Below, piece after piece: positions 8,837 through 18,689 of a stretch of DNA of 64,000 nucleotides. A program made the position numbers and the translations under genes. The stretch comes from Myxococcales bacterium (GTDB lineage Bacteria; Myxococcota_A; Polyangia; Polyangiales; DASUME01): the NCBI GenBank assembly GCA_047601445.1, contig JASGJH010000001.1:3904001-3968000 (forward strand), given 5' to 3'. Position 1 is the first letter of the stretch, and each line of letters begins with the position of its first letter. A model generated the notes under the pieces. The model did no database searches, had not been told where the DNA came from, and saw only the letters and a program-made list of their open reading frames with translations.

Positions 8837-11800
8837 TCAGCCCCAGCGCTGCGTGAGGCGCCAGGCGATGCGATGCCCTTCCACGGCGCGCCAGGCGGCC
8901 AGCACCTCGGGCCGTGCCGCGCGCGCGCGCTCCGGGGAGATGGCCTCCAGGCAGTCCGCTCGACGCTCGAGAGCCAGAGCGAACAGCACGCCATTGCCGT
9001 GACGACAGGCGAGCTCCGCGGCGCGCTCGAGCTGCGCGATCGCGCGCCCGTGGTCACCGCGCAAGCGCTGGCACTCGGCCGAGAGCAACCAGCGACGTGG
9101 CGCGAAGGTGGTGGGGCTCGAGGCCTCCCAATGCGTGAGGAGCTTGAGCGCCCGCGCGCGCAGCAGGTGGTCGCGCGCGCGCTCGAGGGGACCGACTCGG
9201 CTGCGCTGCGCCGAGGTGAGCGCGGCGTAGAAGAGATGCTCGGCCTCGAGGGGCAGCGCGAAGCTGGCGCTGCGATGCTGGTCGGCGCGCGCGAAGGTCG
9301 CCGCCGCGAGATCGAAGGCGTGGTCGAAGTACAGAGCGATGCCCTGATTCACGCCGTGATAGTAGTGAACGGCAGCCGGAGATCGGCGCGCCTGATGGTC
9401 GAAGGCGACGTTGCTGCTGTGCACGAAGTCCTCGGACTTTCGTGTCCCGTCGCGCTCCTGCAGGTGGCCGAAGCTCCGCACAGGGATGCGCAGGTTTTCG
9501 CTGAGCCAGGTGAGTCCGACATCCGCGATCAGGTCGCTCAGGTGTTCGAGCTGCGCCACGTCGGCGAACGAGCGTCCTTGCAGCAGGATGTTGAGTGAAA
9601 TGTTCGAGGCCACGAACGCCACGTGGATGCGGTCGCCCGCCTCGAGCGCCCGCCGCATGGCCCGCTCGAGCAACGCGCGCGCCTCGGGCAAGGGCGCGAC
9701 CCAGGGTACGATGAACGCGCCGCACAGCATGTCCACGTAGGAGCCGATCAACGTGTCACCCACGCGCTCCGACAGTGCGAGCGCAGCATCCCCGCAGCGC
9801 CGCGCGACATGCCTGAAGCCCAGGCCCCCACCGAGCGCCATGCCGAGCCCAGCCACGCCGTAGGCCGAAGCACTGGTCACGCCATGCCGCAGCGACAGCT
9901 CCACGATGCGCAACATCGCGAGCGCACCCACCGCGCTCTGACCGGTGGTAAAGGCCGGGGGAGCCAGGCTCAACAGCAGCTCCTGAGCCTGCAAAATCCG
10001 CGGATCCCGACAGAGCTCGCGGGCGGCGATGTCGCCGCCACACCAGAGCCGACTACGTGCGAGGTCCCCCATGGCGGCCACGAGGTGATGCGGCTGCGGC
10101 CGGCTCGGCAGCTCGATGTCCAGCTCGGCGAGCCCGCGCAGCGCCGTGGCCATCGCCTCCGCATGGGCGCCTTCGTACATCTCGAGCCACACCCGGGTGC
10201 TGTGGACCGACGCGCGATCGAGCGGGGTCTGCACGCTGGCCAGCAAGAGCTCGTAGTGCTCGTTGGATCGCTCCAGGGCGTGGCTCAGCGCCCAGCTCGT
10301 CATCAGCTCGCGATGCAGCTCACGCGCTCGCTCGTAGTCGCTCGCGAAGGGCGTGGAGCCGAGCAGCGCGAGCGCCGACTCCGCGTGCTCGATGGCCTGG
10401 GCAAAAGCGCCGGCGCGGCGCAGCTTGAGCGCTGCCTCGGTGGACACATCGACGGCCAACGCGCGGTCGGCCGGCTCCCCTTGCTTGTAGCCGGCGCGTA
10501 GGTAGCGCGCGATGCGGGGCAGTTCCACGGCCCGTGCCTGGCCGGAGAGGGTCTCGTGGAGCGCGCGGCCCAGGCGCAACAACAGGGACTCGATCCACGT
10601 GGCCGGGGTGGCGCCCGCTTGAAGCGACTCGAGACACGCTTCCCGTACGCGATCGTGATAGGGCTCGATACAGCGCAGCCCATGCGAGACGCTGGCCTGC
10701 AAGAGGTGCTGAACGCACAACACCTGCGTGGCCTGTTGGCAGGTGGCCACCGGCAGGTTCGCGGCCCGCGCGAGGGCGGCCAGCGGCAACGGCGCACGCG
10801 CCACGGCCACCAGCTCCACCAGCGCCTTGGCGGCCGGGTCGAGCGCGTGGATGCGTGCACGCAGCGAGTCGAGCAGCCGCACGCGCTCGCTGGGCTGCCG
10901 CAGGTGTTCGTAGCGGCACAGCTCGAGCACATGCAGCGGATGGCCCTCTCCTTCGAGGCTCAAGGCCCGCGCCCGCTCGGGACGACCCGCCTCCGCTAGC
11001 ACCAGGCGCGCCAGCGCTTCGGCAGACGATTCGGAGAGCGGCCCCAGCGCGAGGTGGCGATGACTCACGCCCGCTTCCGCGCCCAACGCGAGGTTCGCGG
11101 AGCGCGTGGTGCACAGCAGCGCGATGCGCCCGAGCCCTGCGCTCAAGACGGCCACGAACAACGACAGACTCTCGGCGTCCGCCCAGTGCAGGTCGTCCAC
11201 CGCGAGCAAGATGGATCGACTCGAACACGCCTCGCGCAAGAGCTCGATCAAGCCGCCGCGAGCACGCCGCTCGACCTCGGTCGGCCAGCCGGAGCGCACG
11301 TGATCGCGACAATGCGCGTCGATCAGCGGCACCCGCCGCAACACCGGGAACACCTGGCCCAAGGCCTGCAGATCGTAGAGCTCGTGTCGATCGTCCGGCA
11401 GCAGCTTGGCCCGCTCCGAATCGTGCAGGCCGAGCAGGTGATCGCTCAGCGCGTCCATCAGGTTGTCCCAGGCCTTGTAGGGAACGCTTTCCTGTTCATA
11501 ACAACGCCCCCGCAGCACCAGCACCTGGGGATGGCGCGCGACATGCTCCTCGACGGCGTGCTGCATCAGGGCTGTCTTGCCGATGCCGGGCACGCCCGAG
11601 ATGGTCACCCAACGGGCCGACTCGAAGCTCGGCTCCAGCGCCTCGCGCAGGAGCCCGAGGTCCCCATCACGCCCCACGAGGGGCAAGCGCGCGCTGCTCG
11701 CGTCATCGACGCTGCCACCCCCGAGCACCTGCACGATGTGGCCGGGGCTAGGCCGTTCGTCGGGTGCGCTCTGCAACAGCGCGAGGCTCAGCGCCAGGAG

Positions 11801-12604
11801 ATCAGTGGGGATGCCCTCGCTCGCCACCTCGGGCGGCGGTCCGAACTGCTTGGCCCGCAGCACCTCGTCCGCGGCGCCCGCGAAGGGTACGCGCCCCGTG
11901 AGTGCCTCGAAGAGCAGCGCGCCAAAGGCGTACCAGTCCGCAGCCGGAGAAGCGACCGCCAGGGTTGCTTGTTCCGGCGCCATGTAGGCGAGCGTGCCCG
12001 CAATGCGCTCGTCGGAGCGCTGACGATGACCGAGCTCCGCGCTGATGCCGAAGTCGAGCAGCACCACGCGCCCCTGTTGATCGACCATCACGTTCGACGG
12101 CTTGACGTCGCAGTGCACGCGCCCGGCCCGGTGGAGCGCCGTCAGCGCCTGCGCCAACTGCAGCAAGCACGCGCGCAAGGGCTTCTCGCGGAGCCGGCGG
12201 CCGCTCGGTGCCTCCTGCTGCGCAACGACCTCCAGATCGAGTGTGGGATGGTCGCGCTCGAACGCCTCCGAGCGCTTCTCGCTCGAGCCGTCGGCGCGAT
12301 GGGACACGTAGGCGAGCAGCGGCTTGCCCCGCACCAGCTCCATGGTGAAGAACCAGCGGTCGCCGTCGCGATGGAGCTCGCCTAGACGCACGAGATTCGG
12401 GTGCTGTACATCGGCGACCGCCCGGAATTCCCGCTTGAGCTTGTAGAGCTCGTCACCGCTGAAGCGCCGAAAGGTCTTGAGCGCCAGGCGCGCGCCCCCG
12501 TCGAGATCCTGCGCCTCGTAGACCGCGCCCATCCCGCCTTCGCCGAGCTTCTCGCGCAGCTCGAACCGCCCACCGAGAACCTGACCCGTCGAAGGCTCCT
12601 GCAC
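8837..12604 (-). CDS. Ser/Thr kinase fused to an AAA ATPase and helical repeats
   Basis: GEGGMG, HCDVKPSN, DFG, APE; Walker A GVPGIGKT; Walker B VDDLHWAD. Confidence 0.9.
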   Translation of the reverse strand: MQEPSTGQVLGGRFELREKLGEGGMGAVYEAQDLDGGARLALKTFRRFSGDELYKLKREFRAVADVQHPNLVRLGELHRDGDRWFFTMELVRGKPLLAYVSHRADGSSEKRSEAFERDHPTLDLEVVAQQEAPSGRRLREKPLRACLLQLAQALTALHRAGRVHCDVKPSNVMVDQQGRVVLLDFGISAELGHRQRSDERIAGTLAYMAPEQATLAVASPAADWYAFGALLFEALTGRVPFAGAADEVLRAKQFGPPPEVASEGIPTDLLALSLALLQSAPDERPSPGHIVQVLGGGSVDDASSARLPLVGRDGDLGLLREALEPSFESARWVTISGVPGIGKTALMQHAVEEHVARHPQVLVLRGRCYEQESVPYKAWDNLMDALSDHLLGLHDSERAKLLPDDRHELYDLQALGQVFPVLRRVPLIDAHCRDHVRSGWPTEVERRARGGLIELLREACSSRSILLAVDDLHWADAESLSLFVAVLSAGLGRIALLCTTRSANLALGAEAGVSHRHLALGPLSESSAEALARLVLAEAGRPERARALSLEGEGHPLHVLELCRYEHLRQPSERVRLLDSLRARIHALDPAAKALVELVAVARAPLPLAALARAANLPVATCQQATQVLCVQHLLQASVSHGLRCIEPYHDRVREACLESLQAGATPATWIESLLLRLGRALHETLSGQARAVELPRIARYLRAGYKQGEPADRALAVDVSTEAALKLRRAGAFAQAIEHAESALALLGSTPFASDYERARELHRELMTSWALSHALERSNEHYELLLASVQTPLDRASVHSTRVWLEMYEGAHAEAMATALRGLAELDIELPSRPQPHHLVAAMGDLARSRLWCGGDIAARELCRDPRILQAQELLLSLAPPAFTTGQSAVGALAMLRIVELSLRHGVTSASAYGVAGLGMALGGGLGFRHVARRCGDAALALSERVGDTLIGSYVDMLCGAFIVPWVAPLPEARALLERAMRRALEAGDRIHVAFVASNISLNILLQGRSFADVAQLEHLSDLIADVGLTWLSENLRIPVRSFGHLQERDGTRKSEDFVHSSNVAFDHQARRSPAAVHYYHGVNQGIALYFDHAFDLAAATFARADQHRSASFALPLEAEHLFYAALTSAQRSRVGPLERARDHLLRARALKLLTHWEASSPTTFAPRRWLLSAECQRLRGDHGRAIAQLERAAELACRHGNGVLFALALERRADCLEAISPERARAARPEVLAAWRAVEGHRIAWRLTQRWG

Positions 12605-12696
12605 TGACGGCCGAGTCTACCCGACCTCGAGGTGTCCGCATCAAGGGGTGAAACGCAGCAGCAAGCAGGCTTGCCCCGAGCCAGACCGCGGCGCGG

Positions 12697-13431
12697 CTAG
12701 GCCAACCCAGAGACCCGGATCGGCGACCCCTTGGCGAGCAACACCGAGCGCGGCTCCGTGCGGGCCAAATCGGCCCAATCGGGCCCGTATACCGCGCCAA
12801 ACTCCCAATCGAGCTGCCAGCGCTGCAGCTGGTAGACCGCCCAGACCTCGTGGCGCACTTCGTAGCGCGTGAGTTCGCCCGAGCGCGAGCGGCCGTAGCC
12901 CCAGCTGTGTTCTTTGAAGAAGTGGGCCTGGCTGCTCTCCGCCGGAATGGTCTCCACGTTGCGGGCGCTGAGCGCGAGCCGCTGCGTGCGGCCCCTGGCC
13001 TGGAGCACGTGCTCCACGTGCCAAACGTCGTCCGAGAGGCGCACCGAGCTGCGCATGGGCACGGCGGCGTAGGGCTCGTTGTAGAGGCTGCGCGCGAGCC
13101 AGGCCACCAGGCGCTTGGGCACGAATTCGCGGATGAAGCACACCCCGCGCCGGTCGCCCTCACGCACGTAGAAGCGCAGGTTGATCTCGGGAAAGCTGCG
13201 GTAGCCGGGCCAGGAAACGCCGAGCACCCGCGTGTGCAGGAAGTCGAATGCCACCAAGCTCACGAAGGCCTCTCCGTCCACCACGTCGAGCGAGAGTCCG
13301 GGCGGCAGAAAGGGCTCGAGACGGGCGGGATCGACCGCGTAGTTGACCAGGCACAGATGACGCCATTCGGCCGTGAGGAAGGACCAACGCGACTGGCTCA
13401 GGGGAGGGGCGACCAGCAGGGCTTCGCTCAT
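12697..13431 (-). CDS. DUF2071/YqjF family protein
   Basis: FLTAEWRHLCLVNYAVDP, FPEINLRFYV, FFKEHSWGY, YEVRH. Confidence 0.85.
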   Translation of the reverse strand: MSEALLVAPPLSQSRWSFLTAEWRHLCLVNYAVDPARLEPFLPPGLSLDVVDGEAFVSLVAFDFLHTRVLGVSWPGYRSFPEINLRFYVREGDRRGVCFIREFVPKRLVAWLARSLYNEPYAAVPMRSSVRLSDDVWHVEHVLQARGRTQRLALSARNVETIPAESSQAHFFKEHSWGYGRSRSGELTRYEVRHEVWAVYQLQRWQLDWEFGAVYGPDWADLARTEPRSVLLAKGSPIRVSGLA

Positions 13432-13563
13432 GGGCCATGCCTAGGGTCAGGCCCGCAGCAAGAACACTCCCGTCCAGCCTGGGCCCGGCACGAGGCGCCC
13501 GCGACTCGACCAAACCACCAGTTATCTCGGTGAGATCCGGCCACCGAGGCAGCCTACTCGAGT

Positions 13564-13884
13564 TCAGCGCGGCGTGGCGCGTCCGCTGCGGCTCCGGCGC
13601 ACCGGCCCGGGCGAGGTGGCGATGGGCTGCTCCTCCGGGGGATGAATGGCGAACTCCGGGGGATCCGGATAGTCGAGCGCAATGAAGGGCAAGCTCGTGG
13701 GAGAACCCCGCGTCCCTCGACCCGCGGCGCGCGCGTTGGCAGGCGCCGGTTTACCGCTCAACGAAGGATGCACGTGCAGAGGGAAGACCGGCTGCTCTCC
13801 CCAACCGACCTTGATGTTCGACGACCTGACGCCTCCGCAAGCACACATCGAGATCGCCAGGGCCGCCATCACGCTGATTCGCAT
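13564..13884 (-). CDS. Small Pro-rich putative lipoprotein
   Basis: MRISVMAALAISMCACGG after GGAGG; sigma54-like GGGCACA-CCCG-TCGCA at 13926..13911. Confidence 0.5.
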   Translation of the reverse strand: MRISVMAALAISMCACGGVRSSNIKVGWGEQPVFPLHVHPSLSGKPAPANARAAGRGTRGSPTSLPFIALDYPDPPEFAIHPPEEQPIATSPGPVRRSRSGRATPR

Positions 13885-14135
13885 GCTCCGCCTCCGTGCC
13901 TCGATTTGCATGCGACGGGTGTGCCCGGCGTTGGGACGGAGCGCTTCCGCTGTGGTTCTGCGAGACTCCGGTCAGCGACGCGATGCAGCGAGCAGGCCTG
14001 AACCGGATGCGGCTGAGGCAGCCTTGCGTGGGTGCGACAGCCGTGGCCCGTGAGTACCTCTCTCGCCGATCCCGGGCGCCCGAGGAGGTGAGCCTCGCTT
14101 CGCGGCTCGCGAGCGGGGACGAGCTGGCCTACACC

Positions 14136-14516
14136 ATGGCCATGCGCCGTCTCATCGTGTTGTCATGGGCACTCGCCCTGCCCCATTCCCTCGGCGCATG
14201 CTCGAACTCGGTCGACATGAACCCACCCAAGCCATCCACTTCGTCTGCCTCCCCGCTAGCCTCCGCTGCCCTGGTCCTCGACGTGCGAACGCCCGAGGAG
14301 TACGCCCAAGGCCACCTGGAGGGCGCCATGCTCATCCCCGTGGCCGAGCTGGAAGCGCGGGTCGACGAAGTAGAGCAGGCCCTCGGCGGGAACAAGGACA
14401 AGAAGATCGTCGCCTATTGCCGCTCGGGCAGGCGCTCGGGTGTGGCCAAGGGCATCCTCGAGAGTCACGGCTACGCCAACGTGATCAACGGCGGCGGCTA
14501 CGAGCAGCTCAAGTAG
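14136..14516 (+). CDS. Rhodanese-like (PspE-type) lipoprotein
   Basis: Lipobox LGAC; LDVRTPEEY..GHLEGA; active loop YCRSGRRS. Confidence 0.85.
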   Translation: MAMRRLIVLSWALALPHSLGACSNSVDMNPPKPSTSSASPLASAALVLDVRTPEEYAQGHLEGAMLIPVAELEARVDEVEQALGGNKDKKIVAYCRSGRRSGVAKGILESHGYANVINGGGYEQLK

Positions 14517-14545
14517 TCGCGCGGACGCTCGAGAAGTCAGGCCCC

Positions 14546-15298
14546 ATGTTCGGCATTGCCCGCATCCAACGCAACCTCCTCTTTCCGCGCCACATGGTGG
14601 CGGTTCCTGCGCGTCCAGTCGCGGTCCCGGGACTCGAACGCTCCTGGCTCGACACGGACGCAGGCAAGGTCGAGCTCTGGTTTTTGCCAGGACGCGGCGT
14701 CTCGCCCGAGCGCCCGGGCCCAGCCGTGATCTTCGCGCACGGCAACGGGGAGCTCATCGACTACTGGCCCGAGCAGCTCGCGCCCTATCGCGAACTCGGC
14801 GTGAGCGTGGTGTTGCCGGAGTATCGCGGCTACGGGCGCAGCGCAGGGAAGCCCAGCGAGACCGCCTTGGCCGCCGACTTTCGGGCGGTGTACACAAGGC
14901 TGCTTGCAGATGCGCGCGTGGATCCTACTCGGATCCTGTATCACGGGCGTTCGCTCGGAGGCGGCGTGGTGTGCGGGCTGGCGCGTTCCCATGCGCCCGC
15001 AGGCATGATTCTCGAGTCCACCTTCACGAGCGTGGTCGACGTGGCGCGCGGCATGGGCGTGCCAGCCTTCGTGATCAGCGATCGCTTCGAGAACCTGCCC
15101 GCGGTGCGCGCGTATCAGGGCCCCTTGCTCATCATGCACGGCATCCAGGACAACCTCATCCCCAAACACCATGCGGAGCGCCTGGCCGCCGCGCACCAGA
15201 ACGCCAAGCTCGTGCTCTACCGAGCAGGGCACAACGACTTGCCTCCCGCGAACTCGGATTACTGGCAGCAGATTGCGAGTTTGGTGCCCCGTCCCTAG
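14546..15298 (+). CDS. Alpha/beta hydrolase
   Basis: HGNGE, EYRGYGRS, nucleophile GRSLG, HGIQD, GHND. Confidence 0.9.
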   Translation: MFGIARIQRNLLFPRHMVAVPARPVAVPGLERSWLDTDAGKVELWFLPGRGVSPERPGPAVIFAHGNGELIDYWPEQLAPYRELGVSVVLPEYRGYGRSAGKPSETALAADFRAVYTRLLADARVDPTRILYHGRSLGGGVVCGLARSHAPAGMILESTFTSVVDVARGMGVPAFVISDRFENLPAVRAYQGPLLIMHGIQDNLIPKHHAERLAAAHQNAKLVLYRAGHNDLPPANSDYWQQIASLVPRP

Positions 15299-15325
15299 CC
15301 TCGCAAAGTCTGTCGCTTCTGCCAC

Positions 15326-15473
15326 GTTGACATCGACTTGGTCGGCGTCGTGGACCTTGACTGCGACGACAACGGTGTGCGTGAGCGGCAAGAGTTGACG
15401 GCTGCCTATCTTGCAGCGCTCCGATCACCGCGCACGAGGGAGTTCACGCACGCCGTCGCCGTCGCGCTCAAGT
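15326..15473. repeat. Imperfect inverted repeat between convergent genes; copy 1 of a dispersed element
   Basis: 15356..15384 pairs with 15445..15473 (5 mismatches in 29 nt); left arm matches 42685..42745. Confidence 0.7.
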
Positions 15474-15538
15474 CGACATCCAAGTCCAAGTTCACGATCA
15501 CCAAGGGCGTTTGTTAGTGCTCCTGGTGGCCGTGGACA

Positions 15539-17065
15539 CTACACAACCGCAGGTCGCCGCGTGTGCCATGGCAGCGCACGCTCGAGTTGCCCTGCCAGGC
15601 CGAACAGGCGTCCCTCTTCGCCGTGCTCTGCCATGAACTGCACCCCGAGCGGGAGTCCATCGGCGAACTGCGCGAGCGGCAACGACATGGCAGGCACGCC
15701 CGTGACGTTGGCGAGTTGGGTGAAGGGCACCGCGGCCAGGTTGTTGAGCGTGGTCTCCTCGATGGTCTTCGCTGCCAACGGGACGAGCCGCAACAAGCCG
15801 AGCGGCGACCCGACGCGCATGAGCTGCTCGGCCCAGCGCGGTGTGGTCTGCTCGCCCACGCGGGCCGGGGGCAAGGCCTGCGTCGGCGTCATGTAGACGT
15901 CGTAGGAGCGCAGGAACTCGGACAACTGAAAGCTGTAGTGGGTCCAATTCACGTAGCTCTCGGCGTAGGACACCGCACTGCGCGCCTTGCCAATCGCTTC
16001 GATGGCCAACGTGTCGAGCTCGAAGTCTTCATTGATGGCGCGAAGCGAGGTGCGCGCGAGCTGCACCTGCAGTGCGAGCTGGGCGAACCAAATACTGCAG
16101 AAATCGCGGGCCAACGCGCGGCCGTCGAGTTCAGGCTCGGCCTCTTCCACATGATGCCCAAGCCCCTCGAGGGTGTGTGCCGTGCGCTCGATCGCCCTCA
16201 CGGCGTCGGCGTGCACGTCGGTGCCGAGCGGCGAGCGCGTGCTGAAGGCGATGCGCATGCGGCCGGGTTCGCGCTGCACTTCCTCTGCGTATGGACGCGC
16301 CGGTGCCGCAAGCCGCGTGATGCTGCCGCTCTCGGGCCCGTGGGTGGCATCGAGCATCGTGGCGCTGTCCCGCACCGTGCGTGTGAGCACGTGGTTCATC
16401 GCCGCCCCATGGAGCGCTTCACCCATCTCGGGGCCCGTAGGAGTTCGTCCGCGGCCGGGCTTGAAGCCAAACAGCCCCGTGTACGCGGCCGGAATCCGGA
16501 TCGATCCGCCGCCGTCGCTAGCTCCCGCCATGGGCACGACGCCCGCTGCCACGGCCGCCGCCGCCCCTCCGCTCGAACCACCAGGCGTGCGCGAGAGCTG
16601 CCACGGATTGCGCGTGGCGCCCCAGGCGTGGGGCTCGGTGATGCCCTTGCCGCCGAACTCCGGTGTGTTCGTGCGTCCGAACATCACGAGCCCGGCGGCC
16701 AACCAGCGCTCCACCAACACCGAATGACGCCGCGGCACGTAGCCGGCGCGACGATAGGCGCCACAACCCGAAGTGGAGAGGACGCCTGCGTAGTCCTGGT
16801 AGAGATCCTTCAGCAAGAAAGGCACCCCAGCGAAGCTCCCCGCGAGCGGGCCCGCGGCGCGTTCGCGCGCGATGGCGTGCATGGGAATCACGATGGCGTT
16901 AAGTCGGGGGTTCACCAGCTCGGCGCGCGCGATGGCCGCTTCCAGGAGTTCGCTCGCGGACACCTTTCCCGCCGCCACGAGCGCGGCCATGGCGACCGCA
17001 TCCAGAGCCGCATATTCCTCGTACGAGATCAAGACGTTACTCCCGGAGGCGCCCCGTGCGCGCAT
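15539..17065 (-). CDS. Amidase signature family protein
   Basis: GVPFLLKD, TNTPEFG, PGGSSGG, SDGGGSIRIPA. Confidence 0.95.
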   Translation of the reverse strand: MRARGASGSNVLISYEEYAALDAVAMAALVAAGKVSASELLEAAIARAELVNPRLNAIVIPMHAIARERAAGPLAGSFAGVPFLLKDLYQDYAGVLSTSGCGAYRRAGYVPRRHSVLVERWLAAGLVMFGRTNTPEFGGKGITEPHAWGATRNPWQLSRTPGGSSGGAAAAVAAGVVPMAGASDGGGSIRIPAAYTGLFGFKPGRGRTPTGPEMGEALHGAAMNHVLTRTVRDSATMLDATHGPESGSITRLAAPARPYAEEVQREPGRMRIAFSTRSPLGTDVHADAVRAIERTAHTLEGLGHHVEEAEPELDGRALARDFCSIWFAQLALQVQLARTSLRAINEDFELDTLAIEAIGKARSAVSYAESYVNWTHYSFQLSEFLRSYDVYMTPTQALPPARVGEQTTPRWAEQLMRVGSPLGLLRLVPLAAKTIEETTLNNLAAVPFTQLANVTGVPAMSLPLAQFADGLPLGVQFMAEHGEEGRLFGLAGQLERALPWHTRRPAVV

Positions 17066-17169
17066 GGAGAAGTAGCACGACCGTCCTGCCGGTCCTTTGA
17101 CCCGAGCTGCCTACGCCTTGGCGTTGGCTGCCAAAAAGCGAGCTCGGCCCGAGGGCGCGGGCTCGGTTC

Positions 17170-18588
17170 CTACAAGAGGTCCGTGATCAGATCGGCGAAA
17201 GCCTCCAGTGACCGCACACTGAGGAAGTGATCTCGAACGCGCTCGCGGGCGCTGTTTCCCATGCGGTCGGACAAGCCCCGATCGCCCAGCAACCGAGCGA
17301 GGGCGTCGGCGAGCTCCAGTTGACTGTGAGGGTCGTCGAGCAGAATGCCCGACACGCCGTGCTCGATTTGGTCCTGGATGCCGCCCACGCGCGTCGCGAT
17401 CACCGGCTTGGCCTTCCACATGGCCTCCGAGACCGTGAGGCCGAAGCCCTCGCGCAAACTCTTCTGCACCACGATGGACGCGTGACGCTGCAGCGCGTTG
17501 ACGATGGCAGCGTTCTCCGCGGCGTCAGCCATGGGCAGGTTGATCAGATCGACGGCTCCGCGAACCTGGTGCGGCAGCGCGCGAAAGGCCGCCACGACCT
17601 CATCGAAGATGCCTGCTCCCTCGGGGTCGTCGGCAACCGCGTGCACGTTCGGGCCCGCGAGGATGAGTCGCGCTTGCCCGCCGCGCTCGATGTAGCGCGC
17701 GAAGCCGTGCAACACCCCGACGTGATCCTTGAGCCGATCCCAGCGGGAGATCTGCACCACGCAGGGGGTCCCTTCGCAACAGGCTCGGCCGAGGCGAATG
17801 ATGTCGGCGGCGCGCGTCACGAGCGAGCGCGAACCGTCCTCACGCACGAACTCGGCTGGCACCTGAGAGGGCGGTCCCTCCAGCAGCCCGGCCTGGACGA
17901 GGATCGATCGCACGGCGCCCGCGCTCAGCGGCTGGTTCTTGGCAGAGAGCGGATCGATGCTGGGAGCGATGACGCGCGCGGGCACCGGGAGCTCCTGGGG
18001 GATGTAGGCCTGACGCGAGAAGACGCAGCAGTGCAGGCGGGCAAAGTACGGCCACAGGAACGCCAGTGCCGCGCGCGAGTACTCGTTCTGGACATCGGCC
18101 CCGATGTGACAACGCCAGATCACTTTGACCCCGGCCCTCGCCAGCACGTCGGCGACACCGAGCGTCTGGGGATCGTGGAGGATGACTATGTCCCCGGGTC
18201 GCGCGAGCACCCGCAGCTCACTGGCGTTCTCGGCGCTGGTCCGCTCGTACTCCACGCGCTCGATCTCTCCGAAGGTTGTGTCCACCGCGGCACCGTGCAG
18301 CGCGTTGTGTAGGCGCTTGGTGAGCTGGAAAAAGCTGGGGCTGCCGTGAATGACGACCCAGTTGCACTCCACCCCAGCGCCGCGTGAGTAGGCCACCAGC
18401 GAGCGCAGCATCTCGGCCACACCGCCACCACGCCCCGTGGAGTTCACGTTCCAGATCGCGCGCCCGCTCAGGGCCGCAAGGAGTCGCTCGGCCTTGCGCT
18501 GCAAGCGCTCCATGGCCTGCGCGGTGCAGAATGGAGAGAGCGCACGCAGACTCCGCGCCGGGACCTGCTCTTGCTGCAGCGCCTGCAT
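17170..18588 (-). CDS. GT4 glycosyltransferase, TreT (trehalose glycosyltransferring synthase)-like
   Basis: NSTGRGGGVAEML, HDPQT, WRCHI, QISRWDRLKD, QKSLREGFGLTVSEAMWK. Confidence 0.85.
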   Translation of the reverse strand: MQALQQEQVPARSLRALSPFCTAQAMERLQRKAERLLAALSGRAIWNVNSTGRGGGVAEMLRSLVAYSRGAGVECNWVVIHGSPSFFQLTKRLHNALHGAAVDTTFGEIERVEYERTSAENASELRVLARPGDIVILHDPQTLGVADVLARAGVKVIWRCHIGADVQNEYSRAALAFLWPYFARLHCCVFSRQAYIPQELPVPARVIAPSIDPLSAKNQPLSAGAVRSILVQAGLLEGPPSQVPAEFVREDGSRSLVTRAADIIRLGRACCEGTPCVVQISRWDRLKDHVGVLHGFARYIERGGQARLILAGPNVHAVADDPEGAGIFDEVVAAFRALPHQVRGAVDLINLPMADAAENAAIVNALQRHASIVVQKSLREGFGLTVSEAMWKAKPVIATRVGGIQDQIEHGVSGILLDDPHSQLELADALARLLGDRGLSDRMGNSARERVRDHFLSVRSLEAFADLITDLL

Positions 18589-18689
18589 GCTGTGAGTCTG
18601 GGCCCAGCCGCCAGGCCCTACCAGGAGGGGTTGCACCATGGCCGGATCGCGCCAGGATGGCGATGGTCGGAGCACGCGACCCGAGGTCC

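Noticed and set aside
14136..14516. Rhodanese as partner of the encapsulin desulfurase
   Set aside because: 46 kb away and an exported lipoprotein, so unlikely to be the cytoplasmic sulfur acceptor
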